The notes beneath the pieces are model-generated. The model was not told where the DNA came from. It did no database searches and worked only from the letters and a program-made list of their open reading frames with translations. From assembly GCA_001179505.1 (NCBI GenBank), contig CDMY01000313.1:62020-126019 (forward strand): a DNA stretch of 64,000 nt. Direction: 5' to 3'. Made by a program: the position numbers and the translations under genes. The stretch comes from Vitrella brassicaformis CCMP3155. Its lineage: Eukaryota > Protista > Chromerida. Shown piece by piece: positions 36,193-49,000 of the stretch. Every line of letters starts with the position of its first letter. Positions within the stretch are counted from its first letter, which is position 1.

Positions 36193-39100
36193 ATGTACTA
36201 TCAGCCTGCCCCTGGTGACATATCGGTGCCCGACGAAGGTGCCAGCTTCAGCAACGTCTTTCATCAGCACAACTCTGATGCGCCCATCAACGGCGCCCAT
36301 GTGGTAGGACAAAGACGAACGACCGCAGCGGCGCATCCAGCAATGAAACTGTCATGACTCAATTTGCCATATGCAGGTGGACGACGCCATCAACCAGCTG
36401 CAGAAGCAAATCGGTACGATGTGTCTACACATGGAGACCGCGTCCTCTGCAGAGAGAGAGATCCATGCCATTTCCTGTCTGTCCTGTTGCTGCATCACGT
36501 GTATGCAGGCAAAGAGCTGCGTGAGATCACCGTGCATGACCTCCTGGACAAGGCCAAGATGGAGCCGGAGCAGCATCGCTTCGACAGGCCGGTGCCCGGG
36601 GAGGTGCCGACGTCGTTTGCGGCGCCGTCAGAGGAGGTGCTGCGGCTCTCTGAGAACCTCACGAGGCAGAGCGCCCAGCAGAAGAGACTCAGAGGTAGAT
36701 GCGATGCGGCATGGATGGCTCAATTCACCTCCTCAGCAGGCCGTCGTGTGTTGGTGCATTGCAGATGATGTGAGGAAGAGGGAGCAGACGATTGAGACCC
36801 TTCGGCGAAAGGTCAACCACTACGAGGATCAGCTCAAGAAGGCAAACAATGCTCGGACCAAGTAACCAAGGAAGAGAAGAGCGGGTGAGATCCCCATCCA
36901 TGTCTCCCTCCCTTTGTTGTCGCGTGTGGGTGGGCATGGCAGGTGGAAAGAAGAGAAAGACGACATCCAGACTCAGCTCAAGAAGGCCGAATATGACAAA
37001 AGTACACGAGACACAAAGGGAGGGACAGAACCGACCGTCCACCTCTGGGGGCATGTTGTGGCCTGTCTATCAGGCGACCTGGAGCGTCAGCTGGAGCAAT
37101 TGAAGCTCCAGCAGGAAACCGGCCCGGCCCAGCTGGAGAGGATGCCTAGCACCACATCGTCGGCAGCCTCCCCCGGCGCACAGATGCTCCTGGCAGGGTT
37201 GGAGGCCAAGGCACGGCCGAAAGCTCGGGCAGGCTTCGGGATGGGCGCGTTGGACATTGACCTGCTGGGAGGTACGCTCTATGTCGAGCCGCCATATGGC
37301 GATTGACTGGATGTCTCGTTTGCAGAGGGGGAGGAGTTGAAGGTGTCGGAAGACCGAAAGCGGAACCCCTGCATGATGTGTTGTCACCAGTGAGTGAAGG
37401 AGAATGGATGGAGAGGACAAAGCAGAGGTGTCTGTCTGTGCGGGTGTCAGGTTTGCAAAAGCAGCGAGATGGGTGCTTCGGAAGCTGCCGTTCAAAACGG
37501 GCGTCCAACGCATTACGAGAAGATATGGCGACACATTCGGATCTTTCTTTGCTTTTCTGCGGTGGGTGTGTGCGGACGTCAAGGGCGGTTCCACTCGTTC
37601 ATCCTTTGTCTGTGTGTCTATAGATTTTTGTTTTTGACGTCGATCCTCCAGCTGTGTGTGCACCTGCCTCTGTTGTTGCCGCAGCTGTACCTTCGCCTCT
37701 TTGACAACCTCAAAATGTGCGGCCTCAGCCCATGCATCCTGGTGTACAGCGCCTTCCCGAATAGCGGGGCCACCAGCATCACATACGTCTCGGTGGTGCT
37801 CATGAGCGTCATTGTGGTGCTCTCGCTATCTCTCCGGTGAGCTGGTGAGAGAACAAAGAAGGAGAGAGCAAGGCCGGGTGCATGCCTCTGTGTGTGTACG
37901 TGGCTGGGTGGTAGGCAGTGGGTGGCCTTTGATCATGTGTATCAGTACTCCCAGCTGTTGGAGGAGACGTCGGGGGACAAGAAAAAATATTCCAAAGTGC
38001 TGCTCACGGCTTTCGACATCAACACGGGGTGAGTGCGTGAGAGGCGAGACAAGCATCCGCCTATACCGCATCTCTTTTTCCCACAGCAACCATGATGATG
38101 CGACGAGCTTTGCAAGGTCGGTGGCGATCCAGTTGGGTGTGCTGCTCTACGAAGATGAAGTTAAGCGGAGGAATGCCGAACGCACCTTCTCTGATAAGGT
38201 ACGTGAAATGGCCGTAGAAGGCCATTTCTCAGCTGTCGTTTGTCTGAATGCATCAGCTGCTGCTTTACTGCCGTCGCGCGTTGGGAATCCTGATCAACAT
38301 TGCCTTCATCGGCGTCGCCTGGACCATCATCATATCTGTGACCTTGTTTCAGAAACAGATACGCACGTGGCTCTCGAGCAGGTGAGGAGAGCACCGACCA
38401 TCCACAAAGCTGAATGCCAGCATTTGTGCTGCTCGGTGCCCTTCAGCACCCCATTCCGTAGCGTGAGTGGGCTGGCTCCCTCGGTGACGGTGTCGGTCAT
38501 GGGTTTCGCCTTCCCACAAGTCACAACGCTGATTACCGCCTATGAGAAGTGGGCGCCGTCGTCGCGTCTCAAGCAGACAATGTGGCGCCTCTACTTTGGT
38601 CACCCCACAAGAAGGATGCCTGCACCCATGTCTCCTCTCATTTGGAGCCTCTCTCTCTCTCGCCGTCAGGTCGTGTGTTGAATGTGGCATTGGTCACGGC
38701 ACTCAACTTTGAGATGGTATACTCCCGAGCCCTGTTCACTCAGTCGTCCACGTCCACCATCGAGTGGGACGAGGAGACATACCGCTGCAGGGAGGACCAG
38801 GCGGCCGTGTCGCTGCTCTCGCTCGTCGCAACCGACTTCGCATTCACGAAGCTCGCCTTCACGGGATATCTCACCTACCTGTACCTCACGAAGCGTGTGT
38901 TTGGTCTTCGTGGCGAGGAGCAGCGTGCGATGTGGCGGCCCAAGTTCGATGTGGCCAAGAATGTGGTGCAGGTTATCTACACGCAGTCGCTCATCATCTC
39001 TGCCATGGTGATTGCTCAGCAACACAGAGACACGGACAGGGAGGGAGAAGGGCGGTGTGTGGGTGTTGTGCAGCCTTTCTGCCCGTTCACTGCTCTGTTT

Positions 39101-40153
39101 GCGCCCGTCATCCTCTTTGTGGACTTCAAGTGGTTCACGTTTGTCTTTCTGAAGCTCTGCAAACGGCCGCAGACCAACCTTTCCTCTCAGGCAAGCAGCA
39201 TGCAACGGGGGGTACATGATACCCGATCGTCTCTCTCTCTCTCTGTCTCTCTCTCATGGTGCGTGCAGGACATTGGTGTATTCATCATGCGCCTGTTCGC
39301 TCTCTCGTGTGTGCTGTTTGGCGTGCTGACCTATTTCTTCCTCTCACTGGAGTTCCCACATGAAGAGGGCTGCGGCCCATTTGATACACGTGAGCGATCA
39401 CGGCCCTGACAAGGAACCAAAAATCCACGCCATTTGTCAGCACTATCTCGCTTGTCTCGCTTCTCTCTCTCTATCTCTCTCTCTCTGTGTGTGTGTGTGT
39501 GTGTGTATGTGTGTATCCGTCAGGCACCCGCGCGATCGCAGTCATGGAGAACGCCTTCAAGACAGGGTGGGTCTCGTGCCTCTGTCTCCCTCGTGCCTGC
39601 GCCACTCGTGTGTGTGCATCGCTTCTCCTCCTTTGTTTTTCAGTTTTCCGCTGTTGTGGACGATCCTGACGAGTGTGATTCTGTACACTGCTCTCGCGGC
39701 AGTGCTGATTCTGCTGCTGGTGTTCCAGCTCAACAAGATCAACGCATACCGCACTTACCTCCTGGACCAGCACCTCTTCAGCAGCAGACAAATCGAGGTA
39801 CGTACGGCTGGAGGAGTGCATGGCAGTCCAACCATTACGTGTCCGTCTGTTCCTTCCTCTGCAGGTGCTGCAAAAGGAAGTGACCAAGCTGTCCAAGCAG
39901 CTCTCCGTTCTCAAGAAACGGTGAGAGAGCTATCGACCACTGCTGCTGGTGTCATGTCTCTTTATGAGTGTATTTGCTTATCAGGTTTGCCCGTGCGAGA
40001 GAGGAGATGCAATCTGAGGGCTCAGAGGGCGAAACAAGCTTCGCGCCCACACCTTCGGTGCACAGTCGAGCATCGTCCGTGGCCGTCCCACGGAAGTCGG
40101 TGCGCATTGATGCGGACAGAGCAGCGCAAAGCGACAACAGGGCGGACCCATAA
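36193..40153 (+). CDS. TMC: Transmembrane channel-like (TMC) family protein with N-terminal coiled coil, many exons
   Basis: RLYFGRVLN; YRCREDQAAVSLLSLVATDF; PKFDVAKNVVQVIYTQSL; PFCPFTALFAPVILFVDFKW; CGPFDT. These align with TMC-domain motifs (CWET..G...L...DF; EFDIA.NVL.L.Y.Q; F.P.LP; CGPF). About 9-10 TM segments; coiled-coil exons at 36370-37140. Confidence 0.82.
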
Positions 40154-40327
40154 GAGTTGCAGTATGTCTGTCGTGTTGGACACTGCATGGACGTGGCTTC
40201 CCATCGATGGTGAAAGCATTAATTATGTGACTGCATTGCAGCTCAACAGCAAAGGAATGGCATTTTAAAGTCTCTTTGATTGAAGCCGTCCATAAGGATA
40301 TCGCTTCGCATGGGTGAATGTCTGCCT

Positions 40328-40395
40328 GTATGTGTGTGTGTGAGGCTGTCTATCTGCCACACACACACACACAGACACACACACAGACACACACA

Positions 40396-40429
<34 letters not shown>

Positions 40430-40455
40430 CAGACATACAGACATACAGACAGACA
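40328..40455. repeat. Compound (TG)n/(CA)n/(CAGA)n microsatellite downstream of TMC
   Basis: Long cacacacagacacacacag... tract; one of many such tracts in the window. Confidence 0.9.
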
Positions 40456-41439
40456 GGCCCCTCCCGCCCTCCCTCTCTGAACACCCTGCGCACCTCCGTG
40501 TATGGGAAGGTGCCTGCCTGTGTGCTGCGTTCCTGCACACGTGCATTCACGAAATTCGCAAACCCTACGCATAACTAGGGCTTAAATGCGCACATCAGCC
40601 GCCTCGCCGCCCCCCTGCAATGGGAGAAAGCCCCCCCCTAGCGATCGGCAAAATGCGAGCTTAGACATGTGAAAGGGAAGACGCCGACCCACCAAACGCA
40701 CAGATCAGGAGCAGAGAGGCTCACAGGAAGGCCGCACACGCAGCCAGGAGCAGCCAGAAGATCAAATACATAAGCTGACATCTCTCTCTGTGTCTGTGTC
40801 TGTGTCTGTCTGTGTGTGCAGGCCGAGATGGCCGTGTTGGTTGCGCCAAGACTCGGAGGCTCATTCGGGTGTCAGAGGATTTCCCTCGCTGAGGGCTTTG
40901 CTATGCGCCGATCCGCCTCTGCGAGACGGTGCCTTGGCGTGCACTCCCGACGGTGACCCATGTGCAGCGCAGTCACAGTGCGTGTGAGGGAGATTTCTGA
41001 CCATCAGATTGACCGGGGCATCCAGCCCGACACGCACAGCCGTCGAGCGGTGCTCTCTGAGGTACTTTCTGACTGACCCCCTCCCTCCCCTCTCTGTGTG
41101 AGTGTCATCTCTGCAGGCACGTCTTTCGCTCTGTGGGTGCGGCCCGGCCCATCCAAGACACGGGTCGAGTGCATCAGCTCATGGACCGCACACGTGCCAA
41201 GAGAGAGGGGCAGGTCAGCAAAACTGACGACGCTACGCAAGCGCAAAAAAATGTCACCATTTTGCCATTTTTGACCGTAGGGTGACCCTTGTCGGCCACC
41301 TGTAGGCCCACATACGACTGATAGACCTATTCTGTGACTGGTGGTGGCCTGGTGCGAAAACTATCAAAACAACCCTTTTATCACCGACTTTTTTCTCTCA
41401 CCTACTTGGCCCAGTGGGTGGGCAATCAATCTACCCCCC

Positions 41440-42276
41440 TCTCTCTCTCTCTTTCTCTCTGTGTGTGTGTGTGTGTGTGTGTGCATCCGCCAGGCACTCG
41501 CGCGATCGCAGTCATGGAGAACGCCTTCAAGACAGGGTGGATCAGCTGCTGCTGTCTCCCTCGTGCCTGCGCCACTCGTGTGTGTGCATCGCTTCTCCTC
41601 CTTTGTTGTTCAGTTTTCCGCTGTTGTGGACGATCCTGACGAGTGTGATTCTGTACACTGCTCTCGCGGCAGTGCTGATTCTGCTGCTGGTGTTCCAGCT
41701 CAACAAGATCAACGCATACCGCACTTACCTCCTGGACCAGCACCTCTTCAGCAGCAGACAAATCGAGGTACGTTTAAAAGAGCGCATGGCAGCCCGACCA
41801 AATATTACGTGTCTATCTGTTCTTTTTTGCAGGTGCTGCAAAAGGAAGTGACCAAGCTGTCCAAGCAGCTCTCCGTTCTTAAGAAACGGTGAGAGAGCAA
41901 TCGACCACTGCTGCTGGTGTCACTCTATGAGTGTATTTGCTTATCAGGTTTGCCCGTGCGAGGGAGGAGATGCAATCTGAGGGCTCAGAGGGCGAAACAA
42001 GCTTCGCGCCCACACCTTCGGTGCACAGTCGAGCATCGTCCGTGGCCGTCCCACGGAAGTCGGTGCGCATTGACGCGGACAGAGCAGCGCAAAGCGACAA
42101 CAGGGCGGAGCCATAAGAGTTGCAGTATGTCTGTCGTGTTGGACACTGCATGGACGTGGCTTTGCATCGATGGTGAAAGCATTAATTATGTGAATGCATT
42201 GCAGCTCAACAGCAAAGGAATGGCACTTCTAAGGTCTGCTAGATTGAAACCGTCCATGTGGATATCGCTTTGCATG
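41440..42276 (+). repeat. Tandem duplicate of the last four exons and proximal 3' UTR of the TMC gene (source ~39460-40312)
   Basis: Exons near-identical (FPLLWTILTSVILYTALAAVLILLLVFQLNKINAYRTYLLDQHLFSSRQIE|VLQKEVTKLSKQLSVLKKR|FARAREEMQ...DNRAEP*); splice sites intact; introns clearly diverged. Confidence 0.93.
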
Positions 42277-42498
42277 AATCGAGCCATCCTTGAAGCCATC
42301 CATCCGTCCAGCAAGACAAACACATCGCATACACATGAATGAGTCGTTCCACACAAGGACCACCGACAGCAGCAAGGAACACATTGGCGCCAACGTGTAC
42401 ACGCCATTGCAGCTCACATGCAACACACCCTTTGCTATACATCGCACTTCTCTTTGCTTTCCATACTACATCTCGTTTGCTTGGATGTGTCTCGTTGA

Positions 42499-43160
42499 TC
42501 ATGCCATGAGGGTCACGCCGTTCTTGCCGCCGCGTGGCGTTGTAGCGGCCGTCGACGAGCCCGACACACATGAGGCCTTGGAGGGCTGCACCACAGCCTT
42601 GGCGCCAACCTGAGGCACAGGACAAGTCATTGAAGAACGAATGCATTGCAAAACGACACATTGATGGCCCCGCCTGTGCGGATGTACCTGGTTGATGTCC
42701 GTGGGAGTGTCCTTGACCTTCTTGCCATCCTCCCCGTTGCATGCACAGCCGTCCTTGTCGGCACCGTTCGTCGCCGCCGCCATCATCGCCATGGCGTTGC
42801 GGCGCTTCATGAGGGTAGATCCGGCTATGGGGCCCAATGTAATGTCGGTGCGGTGCAGCGACAGGTTGAGCCGCGAGAACGTGGGGATGTGGGGCGTCAG
42901 CGGGCTCTCACACTCAGCCGCCATCGGTGCTGTGGGGCGAATACAGAGTTCGAGTGATGGGAACCAACGAAAGTTGATAAGAGAGAGCGAAAGCAGCCAA
43001 AAGGGACACAATTGAACCGCGAGAACGTCAAGCCCCACTTCGTCGCCTTTTTGTCGACTTTCAAGCTCGCGCAGATGTGACGGTGCATTTCTTTGGCTGC
43101 TCTCCCGTCTTCATCGAATCTGCAGGCGACACCATCAACTGTGAATTCAGTCAGGTGCAT
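42499..43160 (-). CDS. Possible small orphan gene
   Basis: ORFs 42897-43160 and 42499-43038 with one plausible GT-AG intron (42612-42686). No known domain. Confidence 0.25.
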
Positions 43161-43444
43161 TTCATGAAATGTTCGTGTCTTTCATGTGCAGGAGGTGACG
43201 GCCAAGTTGGCCGTTGTGCAATGCACTGGACGCTTCGTTCTAAGCGAGAGGTGTGATGGATTGGTTGTGGGTCAAAATTGAGGCACTCATGCAGACAGAC
43301 AGACAGATGTGAATCAAAGGGTCCAGCCGCCCATGCACACCAGTCCATCCAAGCAGCACAATGTCATAAGTCGGTCTGTCGACATGTGTGTGAGGCCATA
43401 TATGTCTGCCGCTGCTGTTGTGGCACTGGCTGCTCCTCACTCAC

Positions 43445-45758
43445 TCAGCCCGACTTCACCTGAAGAGCACGGACATCCATGAATTCATCCGTGCCGGTCG
43501 TCTCTCTGCCTTTCCCCCACCTACTCGCGTGATAGATGGCGATCTCCTTCGCGATAAACTGCCATTTGCCCGCCAGTGTGCCGTTGCCATTGGTGCTGAA
43601 CCGGCCGAGGTAGCCGGCCGGCAGGTCCTCCTTCTTGACCCACTGACACATGCTGCGCATGTCATCTGACGGGCCCGGGGTGCCATCGCAAAGCCACAGG
43701 TACCCGTCACCCAAGTACAACTGCACACGGTAATGTAACAGCCGTGTCCTTTCTGTTCGTGCTGCTTTGTTCTTCCCTTTGCCCCTCCGCCCACCTTGCC
43801 GCGTGAGTCCGTGTTGTTGGCCTTGACGGAGGCGTCGCGGCCGGCGACATGCACCTTCTGTTCGGCCTCGGGGATGGGCACCTTGGTGACTTTGGCATAG
43901 GCTCCGCTGATCGAAATGAGGAAGTGGGGCGTGGAGTATCGACTGGTCTGTGTGGGGTCGGCGGGCGGCTTGAGTTGACCGTACACAAAGGCTCCGAATC
44001 GGTGTGTATCGTTGTGGTTGATGAGGAACAGCAGACTGCTCGCGTCGCCCACCTTGTCCACCATCGTGCCGAAGTCACCACCGTCACGCGTCGAACTGAC
44101 AGAGAGCAAAGAGAACGGGGTGGGAGTGACACTGCGAGAGATCATATGGCTGTCTCTGTTTACCTGTAGAGGAGTTTGACCGAGGGGCTGGGTATCTTGG
44201 TCATGGCCAGCACCTCCTGCGTCTCCTCGAAGGTGAGCAGTTGGGCCGGGGGCCGATAGACGTCCTCCATCGTGAGGCCATACATTTCAACATCCTTCTG
44301 CACACACACACACACACACAGGTTGAGTGCTCATGGCCGCCTTGATGAAGTCATGTGTGAACGGATCAGCCATACCTTCAGCTGAGCGACATACTTGGGC
44401 TTGGCTGTGGGCTTCTTGACCACGGCACCGGGCCGCTTCTCGAGTCGAAGGCGGCGAGCAAAGTCCACCACCTGAATGGCCGCCAGAAGGACTTGCAGTG
44501 TGCCTTCCTCTCTCTCTCTCTCTCTCTCCTCTCGTGTGTGCGTATGTTGTGTGTCACCTTCGTGAAGTTCTCAGTGGATGTCTGCCGGACCGGTACGTCA
44601 CCCTGTACGATGTCACCACTGCACACACACCACACACATCACACACACACAAGAGAGGAAAGAATACAATGCGTCCATACAACGGCAGTGTATGTGTGTG
44701 TTGTAGGTGCCTTCCCAACTGAATCGCTTGTAGAGGAGGTTGTTGTGGCCGAACTGCGATAGCGTCGCCTCGGTGGTCGACACTGCCTGGCCCAGGACGG
44801 TCGTGGTCATGACGGTGTGGTCGCTGCAGTCCTCTGCTCGGAGGAAGGGCCGTACCGCCTGCCCGAACCCGTCCAAATGCACTACCGCTTTCTCCAATAC
44901 CGTCACCGCGTCATTGTAGCTATCCACGTACTCACGCAGCCGACTGCCGGCAGTCCCATCCCCATTGCCATCACCTGCCCCCTCTCGATCGCCATCCCGA
45001 TTGCGGCCCTCCTTGTTGCCCTCCGCTGCCTCTCTGTCGTCCATGTCGACGTCCTCTGATCGCACGTCGATCTCGAGCGATGTCGGGGTGAGGAACAGCT
45101 CGTGGTGGAAGGCGAACGAAGGGTCCTCCTTCTGTGTGTCGTCCAACTCGATCTCGTGCTCCTCGCCCTGGGCGTCAGCACCCTCAACCAACGCTATCTC
45201 GTCAGACAACCTGACGAGTGCAAAGGAGAGGAAACAAAGCGCATTGAACACTACCCAATCAGACCTGCTTCCCCCCTCCACCCACCACTTGACATAGTTG
45301 AAGTCAGCGTCGACGAAGGGCCGGCCCTCCTTATCGCGGGGCAGTTCGTCCACACAGTACAGCAGCAGATGGGCGAAGTAGGTGTGGCGGAGCTGATCCA
45401 GCATCAGCCCCTTGCGCGACACGCCCACCACCCGCCCGCCCACATTGACCTCCACCTCCCCCTCGATGCCGCCCGTCAGCTCCAGCTTGCCTCCCGTGCT
45501 CTCAATCAGCCCTTTGATGGCCTCGGCTTTGGTCTGCAGCTGCTGGCGGGCAGTCCGAGCGGCATTCTCGATGGCGAGGAGGGCGGCGTTGGCTGCGGCG
45601 ATGGCTTTGTCGAGTGACTGACGGCCGATCTGAGGCGTGGGAGGGTGGACCAGGTGGTCATCAGCTGGTTGGCCTGCCGCGTCAACAGCATCACCGTTAA
45701 TCGCCTTCCGCTTCTTCGAACCACCTGTTGTTGCTGCCGCAGCGGCGGCTGCCGACAT
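43445..45758 (-). CDS. BTB/POZ (KCTD-type, tandem) plus TLDc domain protein, paralog A
   Basis: VEVNVGGRVVGVSRKGL...TYFAHLL...LPRDKEGRPFVDADF (BTB); second BTB-like TVLGQAVSTTEATLSQFGHNNLLYKRFS; TLDc VKLLYR|SSTRDGGDF...LFLINHNDTHRFGAF...FIAKEIAIYH. Confidence 0.85.
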
Positions 45759-46054
45759 GGCCAGCTCCGGGATGAATCAAATGACTCGCAATGAGTTAAA
45801 ATATGCAAGCTATGAAGCGATCTCTCCCATCTGCGGGTTTCTCCAGCCCGACCTGATATGTAATTGCACCACGTGCGGGTGTGCCCTTCAGATTCACGAG
45901 ACCGTCAAAACTCGACGAGCTGATTTTGCAGCATTGCTGAGCTCGGATCAGCGTGCCCGTCACTCTGCAGCTGATCCTCGGAGGGGCGTGGAGCCCTTGT
46001 CCAGCTTGCGAAGCATCGCGCCAGCCACTTTAGTCATCATCAGGGCGAACAGCC

Positions 46055-49000
46055 ATGCAGCAGCCAACCGTTGAGCAACCATCGGCAGTGGATGGAGGCC
46101 AGGCAGTCAGCGAAAGGGGCACATCGGCTGAGGTGGCGTGTCTGGACGCCGGGCAGCTGACCGTGCATAACGAAGCCATGACGGAAGGCCAGACCCCACA
46201 CGCATCAGGTACGGCCACACTGTCCACCCACTGGTTGTTATGTGTCGATTCGCCATCTGCAGAAGCAGCAACGTCCGATGCCGGAAAGGCTCCGATTCCC
46301 CACAGGCGCGAGCACCAGTCGAGTGTGGCGGCCGTCGACGCTCGATCGTCATCCCCACACTCACGACGGAGGCCCAAGGCGGCCAAGAGTGATGGTGCGT
46401 CGGTGTCTGCCGGTGATGTGTGGTCGTCCATCTGTATGTCTGACCCACAGTGGGCCGCCGACAGAGAGAGCAAGGCCGGCAGCAAGGGGAAGACCGTCAT
46501 CACCAAATCCGGTGAGGAGACCAAGAGGCAAATCCAACACACCGCTGCAACCGATTGATTATGTGTGGTACCAACTGCAGAGCATCAGTCTGACGTGGTG
46601 GGTGTTCGCTGGCACAACGCGGGTCAGGCCTGGCAGTCAGGCTGGTACGAGAAGGGCGACCCGAACAAGAAATCTAAGTACTTCTACGTCAAAGAGCATG
46701 GCTTCGACAGAGCCAAGGTACGCAGAACGTCCCCTCTTTCCCTCTCCCTCTGAGTGTCTCATATGTGTGCTTCCATCTGTCAGGCATTGGCCGAGGAGCA
46801 CCGTCGTGAGATGGAGCGCACCGGCTGTGCGTCGGTGAGGAAGCTATCAAAGCACCAGAGCGGCGTCAAGGGCGTCTACTACGAGAAAAGGTCGAACGCA
46901 TGGGTGGCCAACTGGTACGAGGACGGCAGACAGAGAGAGAAAAGGTTTTCTGCGAGGCAGTTGGGCTATGAGGGCGCCAAGCAGGCCGCCATCTCCCACA
47001 GACGGAAGATGGAGAAACGACACCACGAGTATCGAGTGGCCGCCTCCTCCCCGCCCCCGTCATTCGAGCTGGATGATAACAGTCGTCCACCGATCCGCAC
47101 CAGCAAGCGGCGACGCAAGAGCGCGATGCATCACAGCAGCACTCCCGATGAGATCCAACCGACTGACAGCAATGGGCGGCCGGCCGGCGAGTCGGCCGCT
47201 GACATCGCTCGGCTCGGCACGACGTGTGACACGGCTGCGCTGGCCGTTTTGCTGGAGGGTGTGCGTGCGAGCGATCCTGAGAGTGGCGGTCGGTATGAGA
47301 TCGTCACAGTGACGGTGGCCGGCCACCAGACGAGGGCCATTCGGTGGATGCCAACAGGTGCGTCTCACTCGTCCGTTCACTGACTGCCGTCCATTGGTGT
47401 GTGTGTGTGTGGTTACAGGTGTGGATGTGCCGTCTGATGGGCAAGTGACTGCCCAGGCCATGAGGGCGGCGCGGCCTCCCAGAGAGGAGAGGAGCGAGCC
47501 ACTTCCCCTCCCCCACGCCGACGCATCGACGACAGCGCACCGCAATAACGGTGAGCCAGGCACCACCTGGACGCGTGATTGAGTCAACAGACCGTCCCAC
47601 GCCCTCTTCTGGCTGTCTGGCTGTGTGCAATTCACGCAGAGTGCACCGACCCAGAGGAGCGCCACACGCAAAGCAGCTCTGTCGATGAGCATAGAGGCCA
47701 TGACGGCCGTGTGGCCTCGGCTGCCCGCAGCCCCCCTCCCAAGCGGCTGTGCGGCCCAGCCGGCCGTCAGGTGGCGGGAGAACTGACGGGCGATGCGCTG
47801 GCTCGCGCACTGGTGCGGTGGATGAGGGACCAGCAGCCGGGAGACTTCCATGCAGCAGACAGGGGCGGGTGAGCAGGACCAAGTGCATGACGCTATTACG
47901 TCACTTTGTGCATCTGCGTGTGGCATATCTGTGTCAGTATCGGCATCTCGTGGCGGACCAACTACAGTCATGAGGCCTACTTCTGGGACAGCGACGCATC
48001 GACGGCCGTCGATCTGCGTCGGTTCCCTGTCGGCTACGGCGCTTCCCGCGCGGCCATCTTCACGGCCTTCCGTGAGGCTGTCGAGTACCGCAATGCGCTC
48101 CACCGGTCGCGTGTAAGCGATCGGGCAATGCTCATCGATCTGTCGTGGCTGCAGCGAGCGCAGCGGGGGCAGGGGCAAGGCGGCGTCCCTGGTGTGCTTC
48201 CCAACCGCAGCACTCATCTGTACGGAGGCAACCATCGCAGCAAGAGGCCCAGGCTCGACCCACCGTTGGACTCCCCTCTCTGTCCCCGCCCTGCCCCGGC
48301 CGCCGCTCCTCATCTCCCAGTCCGCCCCCGTATGAGTCGAGAGGGCGACGCGACACTGGGCCGACGTGCCCGCCAGAGGAGCAGCGTGGCTCGGGCGGCC
48401 CGCCNNNNNNNNNNNNNNNNNNNNNNNNNNNNNNNNNNNNNNNNNNNNNNNNNNNNNNNNNNNNNNNNNNNNNNNNNNNNNNNNNNNNNNNNNNNNNNNN
48501 NNNNNNNNNNNNNNNNNNNNNNNNNNNNNNNNNNNNNNNNNNNNNNNNNNNNNNNNNNNNNNNNNNNNNNNNNNNNNNNNNNNNNNNNNNNNNNNNNNNN
48601 NNNNNNNNNNNNNNNNNNNNNNNNNNNNNNNNNNNNNNNNNNNNNNNNNNNNNNNNNNNNNNNNNNNNNNNNNNNNNNNNNNNNNNNNNNNNNNNNNNNN
48701 NNNNTGATGACGGCAGCCGCTCACCGTCTCCCCAGCCACGACGGAGGCGCAAGGCGGCCAAGAGGGATGGTGCGTCGGTGTCTGCCGGTGATGTGCTGTC
48801 GTCCATCTGTATGTCTGACCCCCAGTGGGCCGCCGACAGAGACAAGAAGACCAGCACCAAGGGGAAGACCGTCATCACCAAATCCGGTGAGGAACCCAAC
48901 AAGCGAATTCAATCCGATTTCACCTGTGTGTGTCCCGCCTATCGCAGAGCATCAGTCAGACGTGGTGGGGGTCAGGTGGACTGAGAAGCCCCCGGGCTGG

